DNA of 40,127 bases, from the IMG/VR virus record IMGVR_UViG_3300017649_000003, positions 1-40,127 of that record; one strand, written 5' to 3'. Shown here in pieces: positions 1 to 8,580 of this stretch; within the stretch, counting starts at the first letter, position 1, and each line of letters opens with the position of its first letter. The stretch comes from a virus (Duplodnaviria > Caudoviricetes). Made by a program: the position numbers and the translations under genes. Below the pieces are notes generated by a model that was not told the DNA's origin, made no database searches, and worked only from the letters and a program-made list of their open reading frames with translations.

Positions 1-123
1 CTTCCAGGTCACCCGCAACAAGGACGGCTACCGGCAATTCGCCGCTGCTGTCCAGGCGAAGGGGGCCGACCTGAAGGGGAAGGCCAATGCTTGACCTCAA
101 GATCAGGGCGTCGTCGGTCGGCA
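1..123. repeat. Terminal direct repeat (identical to 40005-40127); circular assembly overlap
   Basis: Bases 1-123 match 40005-40127 exactly; the ERF gene end and exonuclease start continue across the join. Confidence 0.95.
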
Positions 124-737
124 GGATTATGACCAACCCCAGGACAAAAGCCGAGGGCATCCTGTCGGCCGGCGCCAAGACCTACCTCCGCGAGTTGGCG
201 AAGCAGGAAATCCTCGGCATCGAGTTCGAGGTTTCCAGCAAGGAAATGGAGAAAGGCATCGAGGTCGAGCCTGAGTCCATCGCCCTGCTTAACCGGGTAC
301 GAGGCCTGAGCCTGGAGAAGAACACCGAGCGCCGGTCGAACGACTGGATCACCGGGGAATGCGATCTGTACGACCAAGCCAACAGCAAAGGTTATGACCT
401 CAAGTCGTCGTGGTCGGCCAGGACTTTCCCGGGCTGGCTGCCTGACTGCGAGGACAGCATCTACGAGTGGCAGATGCGGGCGTACATGTGGCTTTGGGAC
501 GCCGACCGATGGGAGGTTGTTTATGCCCTGGTAGACACGCCCGAGCGCTTGATCGGCTATGAGCCGATTCAGATGCACCTGGTCTCCCATCTGCCCGAGC
601 ACATCCGCATCACCGGCTGGGAAATCGAGCGCGACACCGAAAAGGAAAAGCAGATGCAGGAGCGCGTGGAAGCCGCGCGCGAATACCTGAATGAATGCAT
701 CCGCCAATTTGATGAACTACACAAGGAAGCCGCATAG
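87..737 (+). CDS. Phage recombination exonuclease (YqaJ/lambda-exo-like, PD-(D/E)XK)
   Basis: Motifs MEKGIEVE, ITGECD, DLKSSWS, YEWQMRAYM; lies between ERF annealase and SSB. Confidence 0.8.
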   Translation: MLDLKIRASSVGRIMTNPRTKAEGILSAGAKTYLRELAKQEILGIEFEVSSKEMEKGIEVEPESIALLNRVRGLSLEKNTERRSNDWITGECDLYDQANSKGYDLKSSWSARTFPGWLPDCEDSIYEWQMRAYMWLWDADRWEVVYALVDTPERLIGYEPIQMHLVSHLPEHIRITGWEIERDTEKEKQMQERVEAAREYLNECIRQFDELHKEAA

Positions 738-739
738 CC

Positions 740-1150
740 ATGCCCCAATTTATTGGATTGGCCACTCTAGGCCGCGATGCAGAAGTACGACACACCGCAC
801 AGGGCGATCCCGTCGCTAGCTTGTCGCTCGCCTTCACCTACGGCAAGAAGGGTACGGACGGGAAGCGCCCGACGCAATGGGTGGACGGGTCACTGTGGGG
901 CCAGCGCGCCGAGGCTCTGCAGCCGTACCTTCTCAAGGGGACCCGCGTTTACGTGGTTCTGGACGAGGCCCACGAAGAAAGCTACCAGACCCGCGACGGG
1001 CGTAGCGGCAGCAAGATCGTGGGCCGGATCAGTGTCATCGAGTTCGCCGGCAAGCCCGCCCAGCAGCAGGCCGCTCCGCAGGCCGCACCGGAACCGGCCC
1101 AGCGTCCTGCCACTTCGCTGGCGGACATGGACGACCCGATACCATTCTAG
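740..1150 (+). CDS. ssb: Single-stranded DNA-binding protein
   Basis: LGRDAEVRHT, LWGQRAEAL..YLLKG, acidic C-terminus DMDDPIPF. Confidence 0.92.
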   Translation: MPQFIGLATLGRDAEVRHTAQGDPVASLSLAFTYGKKGTDGKRPTQWVDGSLWGQRAEALQPYLLKGTRVYVVLDEAHEESYQTRDGRSGSKIVGRISVIEFAGKPAQQQAAPQAAPEPAQRPATSLADMDDPIPF

Positions 1151-1162
1151 GAGGCCCTGCCG

Positions 1163-1657
1163 ATGAAACGATGCTTCCGGTGTCTGTGCGAAAAGCCGCT
1201 TGATGCGTTCTATAAGCATAGGGGGATGAGTGATGGCCGTCTGAATAAGTGCATCGAATGCGCCAAGGCCGATGTTAGAAAGAATCGTCTAGAGAAGCTG
1301 GAGTACTACCGGTCTTACGACCGCTCTCGAAGCAGCAAACCTGAGCGCGTGGCAGCCAGAGTCGCCTACAGCAGAACGCCGGAGGGACGGTTGGCGCACG
1401 CCCGTGCGAACGAGCGCTGGCAGGTTGCTAATGCCATCCGTCGCCAAGCAAGCCATATGGTCAATAACGCGATTCGGGACGGGAAACTCATACCAGAGCC
1501 GTGTTTCATCTGTGGCGCTAAGGCGCACGCACATCACCCAGACTATTCCCGACCACTTTCCGTCACCTGGCTCTGCCCGACGCATCACAAAGCGGCGCAC
1601 CGGATCGTAGCTGAACACCGATATGCAGCCGGCGAAGTGGAAACACTGTACTTCTAG
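1163..1657 (+). CDS. Zn-finger/HNH-like phage protein
   Basis: CxxC...KP..FYK...CxxC N-terminus; C-terminal CFIC...AHHPDYSRPLSVTWLCPTHH. Confidence 0.65.
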   Translation: MKRCFRCLCEKPLDAFYKHRGMSDGRLNKCIECAKADVRKNRLEKLEYYRSYDRSRSSKPERVAARVAYSRTPEGRLAHARANERWQVANAIRRQASHMVNNAIRDGKLIPEPCFICGAKAHAHHPDYSRPLSVTWLCPTHHKAAHRIVAEHRYAAGEVETLYF

Positions 1658-1689
1658 CCCCCCCCGGCAGCTCACCTTAACCAAATGGA

Positions 1690-1718
1690 GGCCCACTTAG
1701 GTGGGCTGCTTTCTTATT
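1690..1718 (+). terminator. Possible intrinsic terminator
   Basis: GCCCAC-TTAG-GTGGGC hairpin followed by an interrupted T-rich tract. Confidence 0.4.
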
Positions 1719-1731
1719 GCCTGGAGAAATC

Positions 1732-2106
1732 ATGACCACCACCCCAAACCCGCAGGACGATAAGGAACTGCTGGAGCTCGCGGCTCGGGCGGCGGGGATG
1801 GATTACCTCGTATGGACACCGGGCGTGTCTCCGCTTGTCCCTGGAGAGAAGCGAATCAACGGTCAGATGGTTTGGAACCCGATACATGACGACGGCGATG
1901 CTCTGCGGCTGGCTATCGTCTGCAACATGACCATCTGCACTGACGGGATCGCAACGGTATCCGCCTGCTCTGGTTATGGCCATGACAAAGCAATGGTGAC
2001 CCAAGCGGTTTCCGAGTGCGGAGGCAACAAGAACGCAGCTACTCGCCGCGCCATCGTCCGAACGGCTGCCAAGATCGGCCGCCAGGAGTCCAGCCATGAC
2101 AGTTAA
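1732..2106 (+). CDS. Hypothetical phage protein
   Basis: GGAG SD; ELLELAARAAG...WNPIHDDGDALRLA...ATRRAIVR motif typical of early phage genes. Confidence 0.7.
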   Translation: MTTTPNPQDDKELLELAARAAGMDYLVWTPGVSPLVPGEKRINGQMVWNPIHDDGDALRLAIVCNMTICTDGIATVSACSGYGHDKAMVTQAVSECGGNKNAATRRAIVRTAAKIGRQESSHDS

Positions 2107-2695
2107 CACGCAAGAGCTTCGCGAGCTGGCGGAGAAGGCTACGCCGGGGCCGTGGAAATCGGTAGACCGAGAAGTGCTTGAGGACAACAGTGTCTACCCC
2201 GCCCATATCGTGGGCGGATCGGCAGATTATCAAGTCGCCCTCATGGAGTCGCCCACCCTAGCAAAGTTGGCCACGGAAAGCGCTCCTGGTAGCTGGCCAT
2301 ATAACAGGCGCGCCATTGATGCCAACTCGGCTTACATCGCCGCCGTCAACCCTTCCACCGTCTCCGCCCTCCTGGACGAAATCGACGCCCTACGCGCAGA
2401 GCTACAGGCGCGGCAGTGGCAGCCGATTGAATCGGCGCCACGCGACGGCACGTTGATCCTGCTTGGTCGCGGACCCATCGAAGACTGCGATGCGATCTCG
2501 GTGCCCGGCTACTGGCAGGAAGGCTGGGACGATAGCATCGACGACATGGGTTGCGATTCCGGGTTCGTCGATGTGCATTTTCAGGAATTCAGCGGCGGGC
2601 GAAGTTTCGGTGCTGAGAAGTACAGATGCGCTTCCAATCAGCCCACGCACTGGATGCCCCTACCGCCCGCCCCTCCCCAAGGAGATGGAGCATGA
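2096..2695 (+). CDS. Ead/Ea22-like protein with C-terminal DUF551-like domain
   Basis: LRELAEKATPGPW...NSAYIAAVNPSTVSALLDE; WQPIESAPRDGT...PTHWMPLPPAP. Confidence 0.75.
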   Translation: MTVNTQELRELAEKATPGPWKSVDREVLEDNSVYPAHIVGGSADYQVALMESPTLAKLATESAPGSWPYNRRAIDANSAYIAAVNPSTVSALLDEIDALRAELQARQWQPIESAPRDGTLILLGRGPIEDCDAISVPGYWQEGWDDSIDDMGCDSGFVDVHFQEFSGGRSFGAEKYRCASNQPTHWMPLPPAPPQGDGA

Positions 2696-2958
2696 CCTAC
2701 CACACCGAGAAGATCGAAACCGCGATAGCCAAGATCCACGAATGCCTTGACGCGCCGATAGACCCGGTGCGCGTGCGCCGGCTGCTGAAGGACATCGGCA
2801 AGTGGAGCGCCGAAGCCGAGCGGGAAGCGTATGCGCGGGGGATGGCGGAGGGGAAGAAGGCCGGCCTCGTTCAAGCGCTTGAAGTCTTGGAGCACGATGA
2901 CTTTGCCACGCGACTGCAGAGCGCAAGCGTTATCCGCGCCCTCATCCCGGAGAATTGA
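2692..2958 (+). CDS. Hypothetical protein
   Basis: ATGA overlap with upstream stop; GGAG SD. Confidence 0.6.
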   Translation: MTYHTEKIETAIAKIHECLDAPIDPVRVRRLLKDIGKWSAEAEREAYARGMAEGKKAGLVQALEVLEHDDFATRLQSASVIRALIPEN

Positions 2959-2959
2959 C

Positions 2960-4105
2960 ATGACAGACAAAATCCACATCGCGGCACTCGAAGACCTGCG
3001 CGCCGGCGTCCAGATGGACCGCCACAACTTGCCGGATAGCGATGCCAAGCTGGCTGCTCTGGATGCTGCCCTTGCCGTGCTGCGCGCGGCGGGCGGGCCG
3101 GTTGCCGTCCTGCGTTATGAACGGGGCACCCCTGGGCGCGAGAACGAAATGCCCCGCGTCGTGTCCTGCAACCGGTTACCGGACGGCGATTATCCAGTCT
3201 ACGCCGCGCCCCAGGCCAGCGCCGAGGAATCGGCAATCGATAAGCCTATCCCAGATAGCGTCGAGCATTACGGCTTGATCGATGAGCGCGTTGGCGCCCC
3301 TGCCGCCGAGGCTTCCGCGAAGGGTGCGGGGGATGTTTGGCAGGCATTCTCGACCTGGGTAACAACCAAGGCCAGCGACGAAACCTATGTTCTTTCTGCC
3401 AAGGACGGGTTTTACGCTGGCGTCGAATGGTGCCGCCAGCAGCGCGGCGGGGACGTGGATGAGCGGGCGGCGTTTGAGCGGCGCTTCCGAATCGAACCGG
3501 AAAACTGGAGTACCGCAGGCGGCGGCGGGTACCGCAATGTCTGGTACGAGGCTCGATGGGAGGGCTGGAAAGCCCGCGCCGCCCTGGCCGCGCAGCCTGC
3601 CGCGAGCGCGGAGCCGAGCGACGAGGAAATCGACGCTATCGCCGCGTCGATGCCTGACGGCGCTGGCGGAATGCTCAAGCAATGGGGCTACCGGCAGTTC
3701 GCCCGCGCCTTGCTATCCAGCTACGGAAGGCCCGCAGGGGATGCGCAGCCGGTCGCCGCTCAGGAGACTTATCCGCAGATGATGCCCGCCGAACTTAGCC
3801 AGTTCCTTTCTGATGTGATGACAGCGGCCGGCCTGGTTTCGCACGGGAAGCAGTGCAAAGCGCTGGGCGAACGACTTGGCGATGCGTGCATGAGGTTGCG
3901 CCTGCATTACCCGGAGCCATTCGCCGCACCAGTGGCCACGCAGAAGGCGGACGATGCGCGGGATGCGGAGCGGTATCGATGGCTGAAGGATTTGCTGGAC
4001 AACGAAGAAGTCACAGCGGGCCTGCACGAAGCCTTCATGGCGGGGCCGGAGGCTATGGATGCCGCCCTGGACGCCGCCATCGCCCAGCAGCGCAAGGGGG
4101 AATGA
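2960..4105 (+). CDS. Mosaic hypothetical early protein
   Basis: ATG 2960 with GGAG SD; short modules typical of early phage proteins (DERAAFE...WEGWKARAAL, DARDAERYRWL). Confidence 0.7.
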   Translation: MTDKIHIAALEDLRAGVQMDRHNLPDSDAKLAALDAALAVLRAAGGPVAVLRYERGTPGRENEMPRVVSCNRLPDGDYPVYAAPQASAEESAIDKPIPDSVEHYGLIDERVGAPAAEASAKGAGDVWQAFSTWVTTKASDETYVLSAKDGFYAGVEWCRQQRGGDVDERAAFERRFRIEPENWSTAGGGGYRNVWYEARWEGWKARAALAAQPAASAEPSDEEIDAIAASMPDGAGGMLKQWGYRQFARALLSSYGRPAGDAQPVAAQETYPQMMPAELSQFLSDVMTAAGLVSHGKQCKALGERLGDACMRLRLHYPEPFAAPVATQKADDARDAERYRWLKDLLDNEEVTAGLHEAFMAGPEAMDAALDAAIAQQRKGE

Positions 4106-4302
4106 TGCCCCGCTACTCCCTAACCCTAAGCCGAAAGTGGAGCGTGGAGATCAAGGCGCCAGAGGCGCAGATCGAAGCGATGCGCCGCGACGGCTACGTG
4201 ATCGACGAGCTCTGCAACACCGTGCCCTCCTGGCTCCCGCACTGGCTGGTTCGCCCCTGGTGCCGGGTGCAGGATGGGTGGCAGTGGCTGAGGCTTTTCT
4301 GA
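4102..4302 (+). CDS. Hypothetical protein
   Basis: ATGA coupling to the previous gene; 66 aa. Confidence 0.55.
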   Translation: MMPRYSLTLSRKWSVEIKAPEAQIEAMRRDGYVIDELCNTVPSWLPHWLVRPWCRVQDGWQWLRLF

Positions 4303-4311
4303 GGAACCGAA

Positions 4312-4485
4312 ATGAAAAAGACCGATTGGGCCTTTATCGCCCTTTTCGCCTGGATGGTGCTGTCTTGGCTGACCCATGTGGTCGTCTGCCTGAAGACGGC
4401 ATCTTGGGGCTTCCTGATCGCTGGAGCGGTGTGCCTTCCTGTTGCCGTGATTCATGGCACCGGGGTATGGCTTGGGATGTTCTAG
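4312..4485 (+). CDS. Small membrane protein (57 aa; not in ORF track)
   Basis: GAGG SD; MKKTDWAFIALFAWMVLSWLTHVVVCLKTASWGFLIAGAVCLPVAVIHGTGVWLGMF, two hydrophobic segments. Confidence 0.7.
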   Translation: MKKTDWAFIALFAWMVLSWLTHVVVCLKTASWGFLIAGAVCLPVAVIHGTGVWLGMF

Positions 4486-4538
4486 GCGTGACAGACGCTA
4501 TCGAGCGGGTCATTGCGACCACGCGCACGAACTGGATG

Positions 4539-4562
4539 CCCGCCTAGTGCGGGTTTTATTTT
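4539..4562 (+). terminator. Intrinsic terminator-like hairpin
   Basis: CCCGC-CTAGT-GCGGG followed by TTTTATTTT. Confidence 0.55.
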
Positions 4563-4571
4563 GGAGGTGAT

Positions 4572-4919
4572 ATGGGGAAGTTCAAGCCCGAAGATCGGGC
4601 CGCCATCGACCAGCGGTGGCTCAAAAGCCCTGTCAAGGAATGCCATTACTGCGGGGTCCTGCTCAGCAAGTCTACGGCTACGAAAGAGCATGTCATACCC
4701 AAATCCAGCGGTGGTAAGAATACCCCCAGCAATATCGTATTTTCCTGCCGGGCCTGCAACGGCGAACGAGGAAGCGGGGACTATGCGGCATTCAAAGCGT
4801 CAAAGCTAGAGGAAAAGCAGGCTCGGCGGCGCGCGTACGCCTCAGTTACCGCTACCCAAAGGATATGTTATGGACACATTCCTGTCCCCCGAGGAATTAA
4901 CCCGGCTGACGGGTTATAA
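4572..4919 (+). CDS. HNH endonuclease
   Basis: CHYCG...TKEHVIPKSSGGKNTPSNIVFSCRACN; GGAGGT SD. Confidence 0.85.
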   Translation: MGKFKPEDRAAIDQRWLKSPVKECHYCGVLLSKSTATKEHVIPKSSGGKNTPSNIVFSCRACNGERGSGDYAAFKASKLEEKQARRRAYASVTATQRICYGHIPVPRGINPADGL

Positions 4920-5085
4920 GTCTGCCGCTTGGCAGCGCCGCTGGTTGAAGGCCAATCGGTGGCGATTCGACCAGGACCGGCTAGGGCGCCCCATCGTCGC
5001 CCGGGCCTATTACCTCAAGCACCTTGGCATTACCGCCCCCGATGCCAAGGCAGCAGAGCCATTTTGGGAGGCAGTGGGGGCATAG
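4870..5085 (+). CDS. Excisionase-like protein (DUF4224-like)
   Basis: FLSPEELTRLTGYK...QRRWL...GRPIV; abuts the integrase start. Confidence 0.75.
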   Translation: MDTFLSPEELTRLTGYKSAAWQRRWLKANRWRFDQDRLGRPIVARAYYLKHLGITAPDAKAAEPFWEAVGA

Positions 5086-6126
5086 ATGGGCAGGAAGCGA
5101 CTTACGAATACCCACCTAAGCCTGCGGGTGTATGTCAAGCATGGCCGTTACCGGGACACTTACTACACGATCATCGCCGGGAAGTACCATGGCCTTGGCA
5201 ATGACCGGGCCACCGCAGAGCGCAAGGCTCGCGAGCTTCACGGCGGCGCATACGTCCGGGGAACCATCGCCGACATGTGCCTGAGCTTCATCGCCTTCCA
5301 GCGCGGCCTGATTGCCTCTGGTGACCCCTCTGCCCTGGCGCCCCGCACCGTGGACGACTACGAGTCGGCCTTCATGGTTCACATCATCCCGAAGTTCGGA
5401 CACATGAAGCCGTCCGAATTCCGGCCATCGCACAAGGGCAAGTACCTGGATCTGATGCGGGCCAGGGGCCGGGGCGTTCGGGCCAACCGGGAAATGGCCG
5501 CACTCGGGTCGGCGTTCAACTACGGGATTCGGCGTGGCATGGCCGAGGTCAACCCCTGCCACGGCGTCAGTCGAAACCCCGAGCGGCCCAGGTCGCGGCG
5601 CCCGGAGAAGGTCGAGGTCAACGCATTCCTGCAGATCGCACAGAAGCGCGGGGAAGGCAGCTATATGACGGCCCTCATTGGCCTGATGGTTGGCATCACC
5701 GGGCGCAGGCGGGCGGAAGTACTGGAATTGCAGAAGTCAGCCATCACCGAGGACCACGTCCGCGTGGTGGCGGCCAAGCGCAAGGCCGGGGAATCGGAGC
5801 GGGTCTACGAAGTTCAGTGGACGCCCCTGCTTCGGCAGTTGCTGGGCGAAGCCATGCGAATGTCGCAAAAGCACGACAACGACTATGTGTTTACGTCGCG
5901 AACGGGCGCGCCCTACACCGACTCGGGCTTCAAGGCCAACTGGTCAAAGATCATGCATGCCTACGTACTGGCAGGCGGCGAGCGCTTCACTGCGCACGAC
6001 CTGCGGGCCATGTACGTGACGGAAATGATCGAGCAGGGCAGGAACCCCGAGACGCACAAAAACCCTGCTACGACGCGCCGTGTTTACGACCGTCGCCGCA
6101 AGGTCAAGGTGCAGCCCTTGGCGTGA
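5086..6126 (+). CDS. int: Tyrosine recombinase (integrase)
   Basis: Catalytic R (TGRRRAEV), HDLR, H and Y (TH...RRVY); adjacent to attP. Confidence 0.92.
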   Translation: MGRKRLTNTHLSLRVYVKHGRYRDTYYTIIAGKYHGLGNDRATAERKARELHGGAYVRGTIADMCLSFIAFQRGLIASGDPSALAPRTVDDYESAFMVHIIPKFGHMKPSEFRPSHKGKYLDLMRARGRGVRANREMAALGSAFNYGIRRGMAEVNPCHGVSRNPERPRSRRPEKVEVNAFLQIAQKRGEGSYMTALIGLMVGITGRRRAEVLELQKSAITEDHVRVVAAKRKAGESERVYEVQWTPLLRQLLGEAMRMSQKHDNDYVFTSRTGAPYTDSGFKANWSKIMHAYVLAGGERFTAHDLRAMYVTEMIEQGRNPETHKNPATTRRVYDRRRKVKVQPLA

Positions 6127-6127
6127 A

Positions 6128-6341
6128 ATATTAGAAAGTGCGCGATGAATTAGAAAAAGTTAGTGCGCACTATCGCCGAGAGGCTTTAATTTGGGGTGGC
6201 TGATGGGACTCGAACCCACGACAACCGGAATCACAATCCGGGGAAATTTCTAGGCTTTATGCGGCCCTGGTAGGAATTTTTTCTAATATCGGCACAAAAT
6301 TAGCCACGCAAGTACGCGGCTCTCCGGGCAGAAATTAGAAA
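6128..6341. repeat. Putative integrase arm-type sites flanking the att core
   Basis: ATTAGAAA copies within 6128-6137, 6148-6156 and 6333-6341, inverted copy at 6280-6289; palindrome TAGTGCGCACTA at 6161-6172. Confidence 0.55.
6192..6242 (-). other. attP core: 3' half of tRNA-His(GUG)
   Basis: Reverse complement reads CCCGGATTGTGATTCCGGTTGTCGTGGGTTCGAGTCCCATCAGCCACCCCA (anticodon arm GTG, T arm, CCA); the 5' half is absent. Confidence 0.9.
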
Positions 6342-6349
6342 GCCGTATA

Positions 6350-6365
6350 CTGGATATACATCCAG
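6350..6365 (+). promoter_or_regulatory. LexA (SOS) box
   Basis: TA-CTGGATATACATCCAG-T fits CTG-N10-CAG with an AT-rich spacer; 10 bp upstream of ATG 6376. Confidence 0.75.
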
Positions 6366-6375
6366 TCTTTGTGCC

Positions 6376-6627
6376 ATGAGCCGCGCCCACACCACCCCGC
6401 CCCTTCAGGCCAACAATGGCGGCTGCTATACGTGCGCGCACTGGCATGGGGAACGGTTCGGGGGTAAGCCGGTTTGCGGCTTCCATTCAAAGCACCGGAT
6501 TATCCAGGCCGACCCGGCGAAAGACCCCTGCGCATTTTGGATGCGGGAGATCGGGGCAGATGATGGGCCTATCGAGCCCACGCATCTACAGTCGCACTAT
6601 GACGTGCCGAGCACTCGCCATACATAG
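6376..6627 (+). CDS. Small Cys-rich protein, likely SOS-induced
   Basis: CYTCAHW...C...CAFWMREIGADD; directly follows the SOS box. Confidence 0.65.
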   Translation: MSRAHTTPPLQANNGGCYTCAHWHGERFGGKPVCGFHSKHRIIQADPAKDPCAFWMREIGADDGPIEPTHLQSHYDVPSTRHT

Positions 6628-6811
6628 CCGTCAGGCGGATATAGGACCGGGCCAGGTCATCCCAACTATCGCTTGTCGTTTCTGGGATCTGTTGGCACGG
6701 CTGCGCCAGGTTCCCGGGCAGCGTTGGCCGCGCGCTCTGCGGCGTTGATGTGCTGCATCCTGCCATCGTCAATACGGCAGCCAGCAGGTAGAGGACTCTG
6801 TACTTCGACAC
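6569..6811 (-). CDS. Outer-membrane spanin (Rz1-like lipoprotein)
   Basis: GTG start with GAGG SD; signal peptide ending TMAG-C; Pro-rich; overlaps the i-spanin. Confidence 0.75.
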   Translation of the reverse strand: MSKYRVLYLLAAVLTMAGCSTSTPQSARPTLPGNLAQPCQQIPETTSDSWDDLARSYIRLTAMYGECSARHSATVDAWAR

Positions 6812-7058
6812 GGGTGTACCTCTCGATGATCTTGGGATTGGCATCACGCAAGGCCACAGCGGCTTGCTCGAAGGTGGCGGATATCCCAGATAGTCGGTCG
6901 GCCTGCCGCTTGAACTCGGCCAGGTCAGCTTTGGCCTGAGACGCCTCGGCTTCTGCGGCCTTCTCGCCAAGGCGCCAGCCATTGGTGACCCACCCACCCA
7001 GATAGGCCAACGCCAGAATCCCGGCGCCTGCCAGAGCCTTCACAAGCCAGATAGGCAT
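6666..7058 (-). CDS. Inner-membrane spanin (Rz-like)
   Basis: N-terminal TM helix, GWVTNGWRL, coiled coil; follows the endolysin. Confidence 0.8.
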   Translation of the reverse strand: MPIWLVKALAGAGILALAYLGGWVTNGWRLGEKAAEAEASQAKADLAEFKRQADRLSGISATFEQAAVALRDANPKIIERYTRVEVQSPLPAGCRIDDGRMQHINAAERAANAAREPGAAVPTDPRNDKR

Positions 7059-7495
7059 ATCTTCTTCTCCGCCTCTCGGCGCCGCTCCAGGCCCTTCAGG
7101 CGCTTGCCCTTGGCGTATACCCAGCGCGGCAACTGGTTGCAGGCCGCCCGGATATCTCCAGCCCTCAGCAGCCGCAACAGGGTCGAATCCCGGTAGGCGC
7201 CAGCCCCAACGTTATAGACAAAGCTGGTAAGCGCCACCCGCGCCCCATCAGGCAGCGGCCGGCTTACCGACTTGTCCACGACACTCAGGGCTTTGACGAC
7301 CTCGATCCTGGTCAAAACATCGCAGGCTTCGGGAGTCGCCACATCTCCGAGACGAACGCCCAGCGTGTATCCCTCGCAGATGGTCGGCACGGAAACAGGG
7401 TCCAGATACGCCACCAAGGAGCGGCCTTCGTAAGTGGCCACCAGTGACACGGCAGCAGCGATCACACCGCCCGCGATCTTGGTGCCCGCTTTCAT
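7040..7495 (-). CDS. Endolysin, GH24 lysozyme with probable SAR anchor
   Basis: EG...AYLDPVSVPTICEGYT catalytic region, SFVYNVG, GLERRREAE; Gly/Ala-rich N-terminal helix. Confidence 0.9.
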   Translation of the reverse strand: MKAGTKIAGGVIAAAVSLVATYEGRSLVAYLDPVSVPTICEGYTLGVRLGDVATPEACDVLTRIEVVKALSVVDKSVSRPLPDGARVALTSFVYNVGAGAYRDSTLLRLLRAGDIRAACNQLPRWVYAKGKRLKGLERRREAEKKICLSGL

Positions 7496-7707
7496 GGCTT
7501 CCCTTCGTCCCGAGACTGCTGCCAGTCGCGCCGCCATTTCCACAGCAAGTACGCTGCCTGTAATGCGATGTAGAGCAAAGTGGCCCACCCCACGGGGCCA
7601 ATGCCGTCCCGCGCTACCGCCTCGACGGCCGCAATCGCAGCGGGAGGTGTTGCTTTCCCGGCTTCTGCCGCGATCTCAGCTTGCATTTTCAGGATCCTTT
7701 GAGGCAT
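7492..7707 (-). CDS. Holin (possible dual start at 7707/7686)
   Basis: GGGAGG SD; TM segment WATLLYIALQAAYLLWKW with charged tail; upstream of the endolysin. Confidence 0.7.
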   Translation of the reverse strand: MPQRILKMQAEIAAEAGKATPPAAIAAVEAVARDGIGPVGWATLLYIALQAAYLLWKWRRDWQQSRDEGKP

Positions 7708-7758
7708 TCGGCCTCCCACGTGAGTAGTACTGGTCGGCGGGTTGCTGGTCGTCTTGCA

Positions 7759-8580
7759 TCACGAACCCCGCGTGATCCCGTACTGCGCCATCCAAGCGCC
7801 CTCGATGTATTCCAGCTGCGAGGCGTACTCAGGTGCCGACAAGTCGGCGGCACACATGATTGCGTCACCAGCCATACCGACGAATCGAGTACCGGACGCG
7901 CTCGCCGCCCACAGCCGCAAAGTGGTCGAGGACACATCGGGGATCGGAGCGATAAAAGATGGAGCCGACGCCACTTGCACGCCGTTCCTACGCAGCGTCA
8001 CCCCTCGGGTTGTGGAGAAAGTGACGCCAACAACCAAATCCTGATCGGCATATGAGCCGGCGGCCTGCAGGCTTCCGGAACTGCTGCCTAGGTAGGTGCT
8101 AAGCGCGGTGGCGCTTATCAGCAGCGTAGGCCGAGCCAACGTTGCGCCATCAGCCATGCCCATCAGATAGCGGGAGCCTGTCGCAGAGCTGTTGCGGCGA
8201 ACGACGAAAAAGGCACTGAATGCGGTCTTGTCGTCGAGGATGCCTTCAGGCTGGGCACCATCTTGCATGAAGTAGATAGAGCCGTCGCACACCAAGGCTC
8301 GCTTACCGCCTATGCCGGCTTCATCGAAAACCGCAGTCTGTGCCGCGTTAGATGACCAGACACGGCCTTGTTGCGCAGCGTCCTGCCAACCGCTTGGGCC
8401 TACAAATCCGGTCCCCATATACTCGGCTCTGGGAATCAGCCAGGATTTCACGGCCGCGTCACGATTCGGCAAGGAAATGCTGGCGATGCGGCGCTCTGCA
8501 GCATCGGGGATCGACTGAGGGGGCCCGAAGCGCCCGGCCAGTTCAGGGTATCGAGCGTTGAGAATCTGAAGCGTACGCAT
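7759..8580 (-). CDS. LamG/concanavalin-like tail-associated protein
   Basis: FSAFFVVR...VGVTFS...TLRRNGVQV...FVGMAGDAIM pattern; TAATG coupling to the tailspike. Confidence 0.6.
   Translation of the reverse strand: MRTLQILNARYPELAGRFGPPQSIPDAAERRIASISLPNRDAAVKSWLIPRAEYMGTGFVGPSGWQDAAQQGRVWSSNAAQTAVFDEAGIGGKRALVCDGSIYFMQDGAQPEGILDDKTAFSAFFVVRRNSSATGSRYLMGMADGATLARPTLLISATALSTYLGSSSGSLQAAGSYADQDLVVGVTFSTTRGVTLRRNGVQVASAPSFIAPIPDVSSTTLRLWAASASGTRFVGMAGDAIMCAADLSAPEYASQLEYIEGAWMAQYGITRGS

Noticed and set aside
1-123. 123-bp terminal repeat as a biological DTR
   Set aside because: It falls inside the ERF/exonuclease genes far from the terminase region; most likely an assembler overlap
6192-6242. 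Functional tRNA-His gene
   Set aside because: Only the 3' half is present; it is the att core
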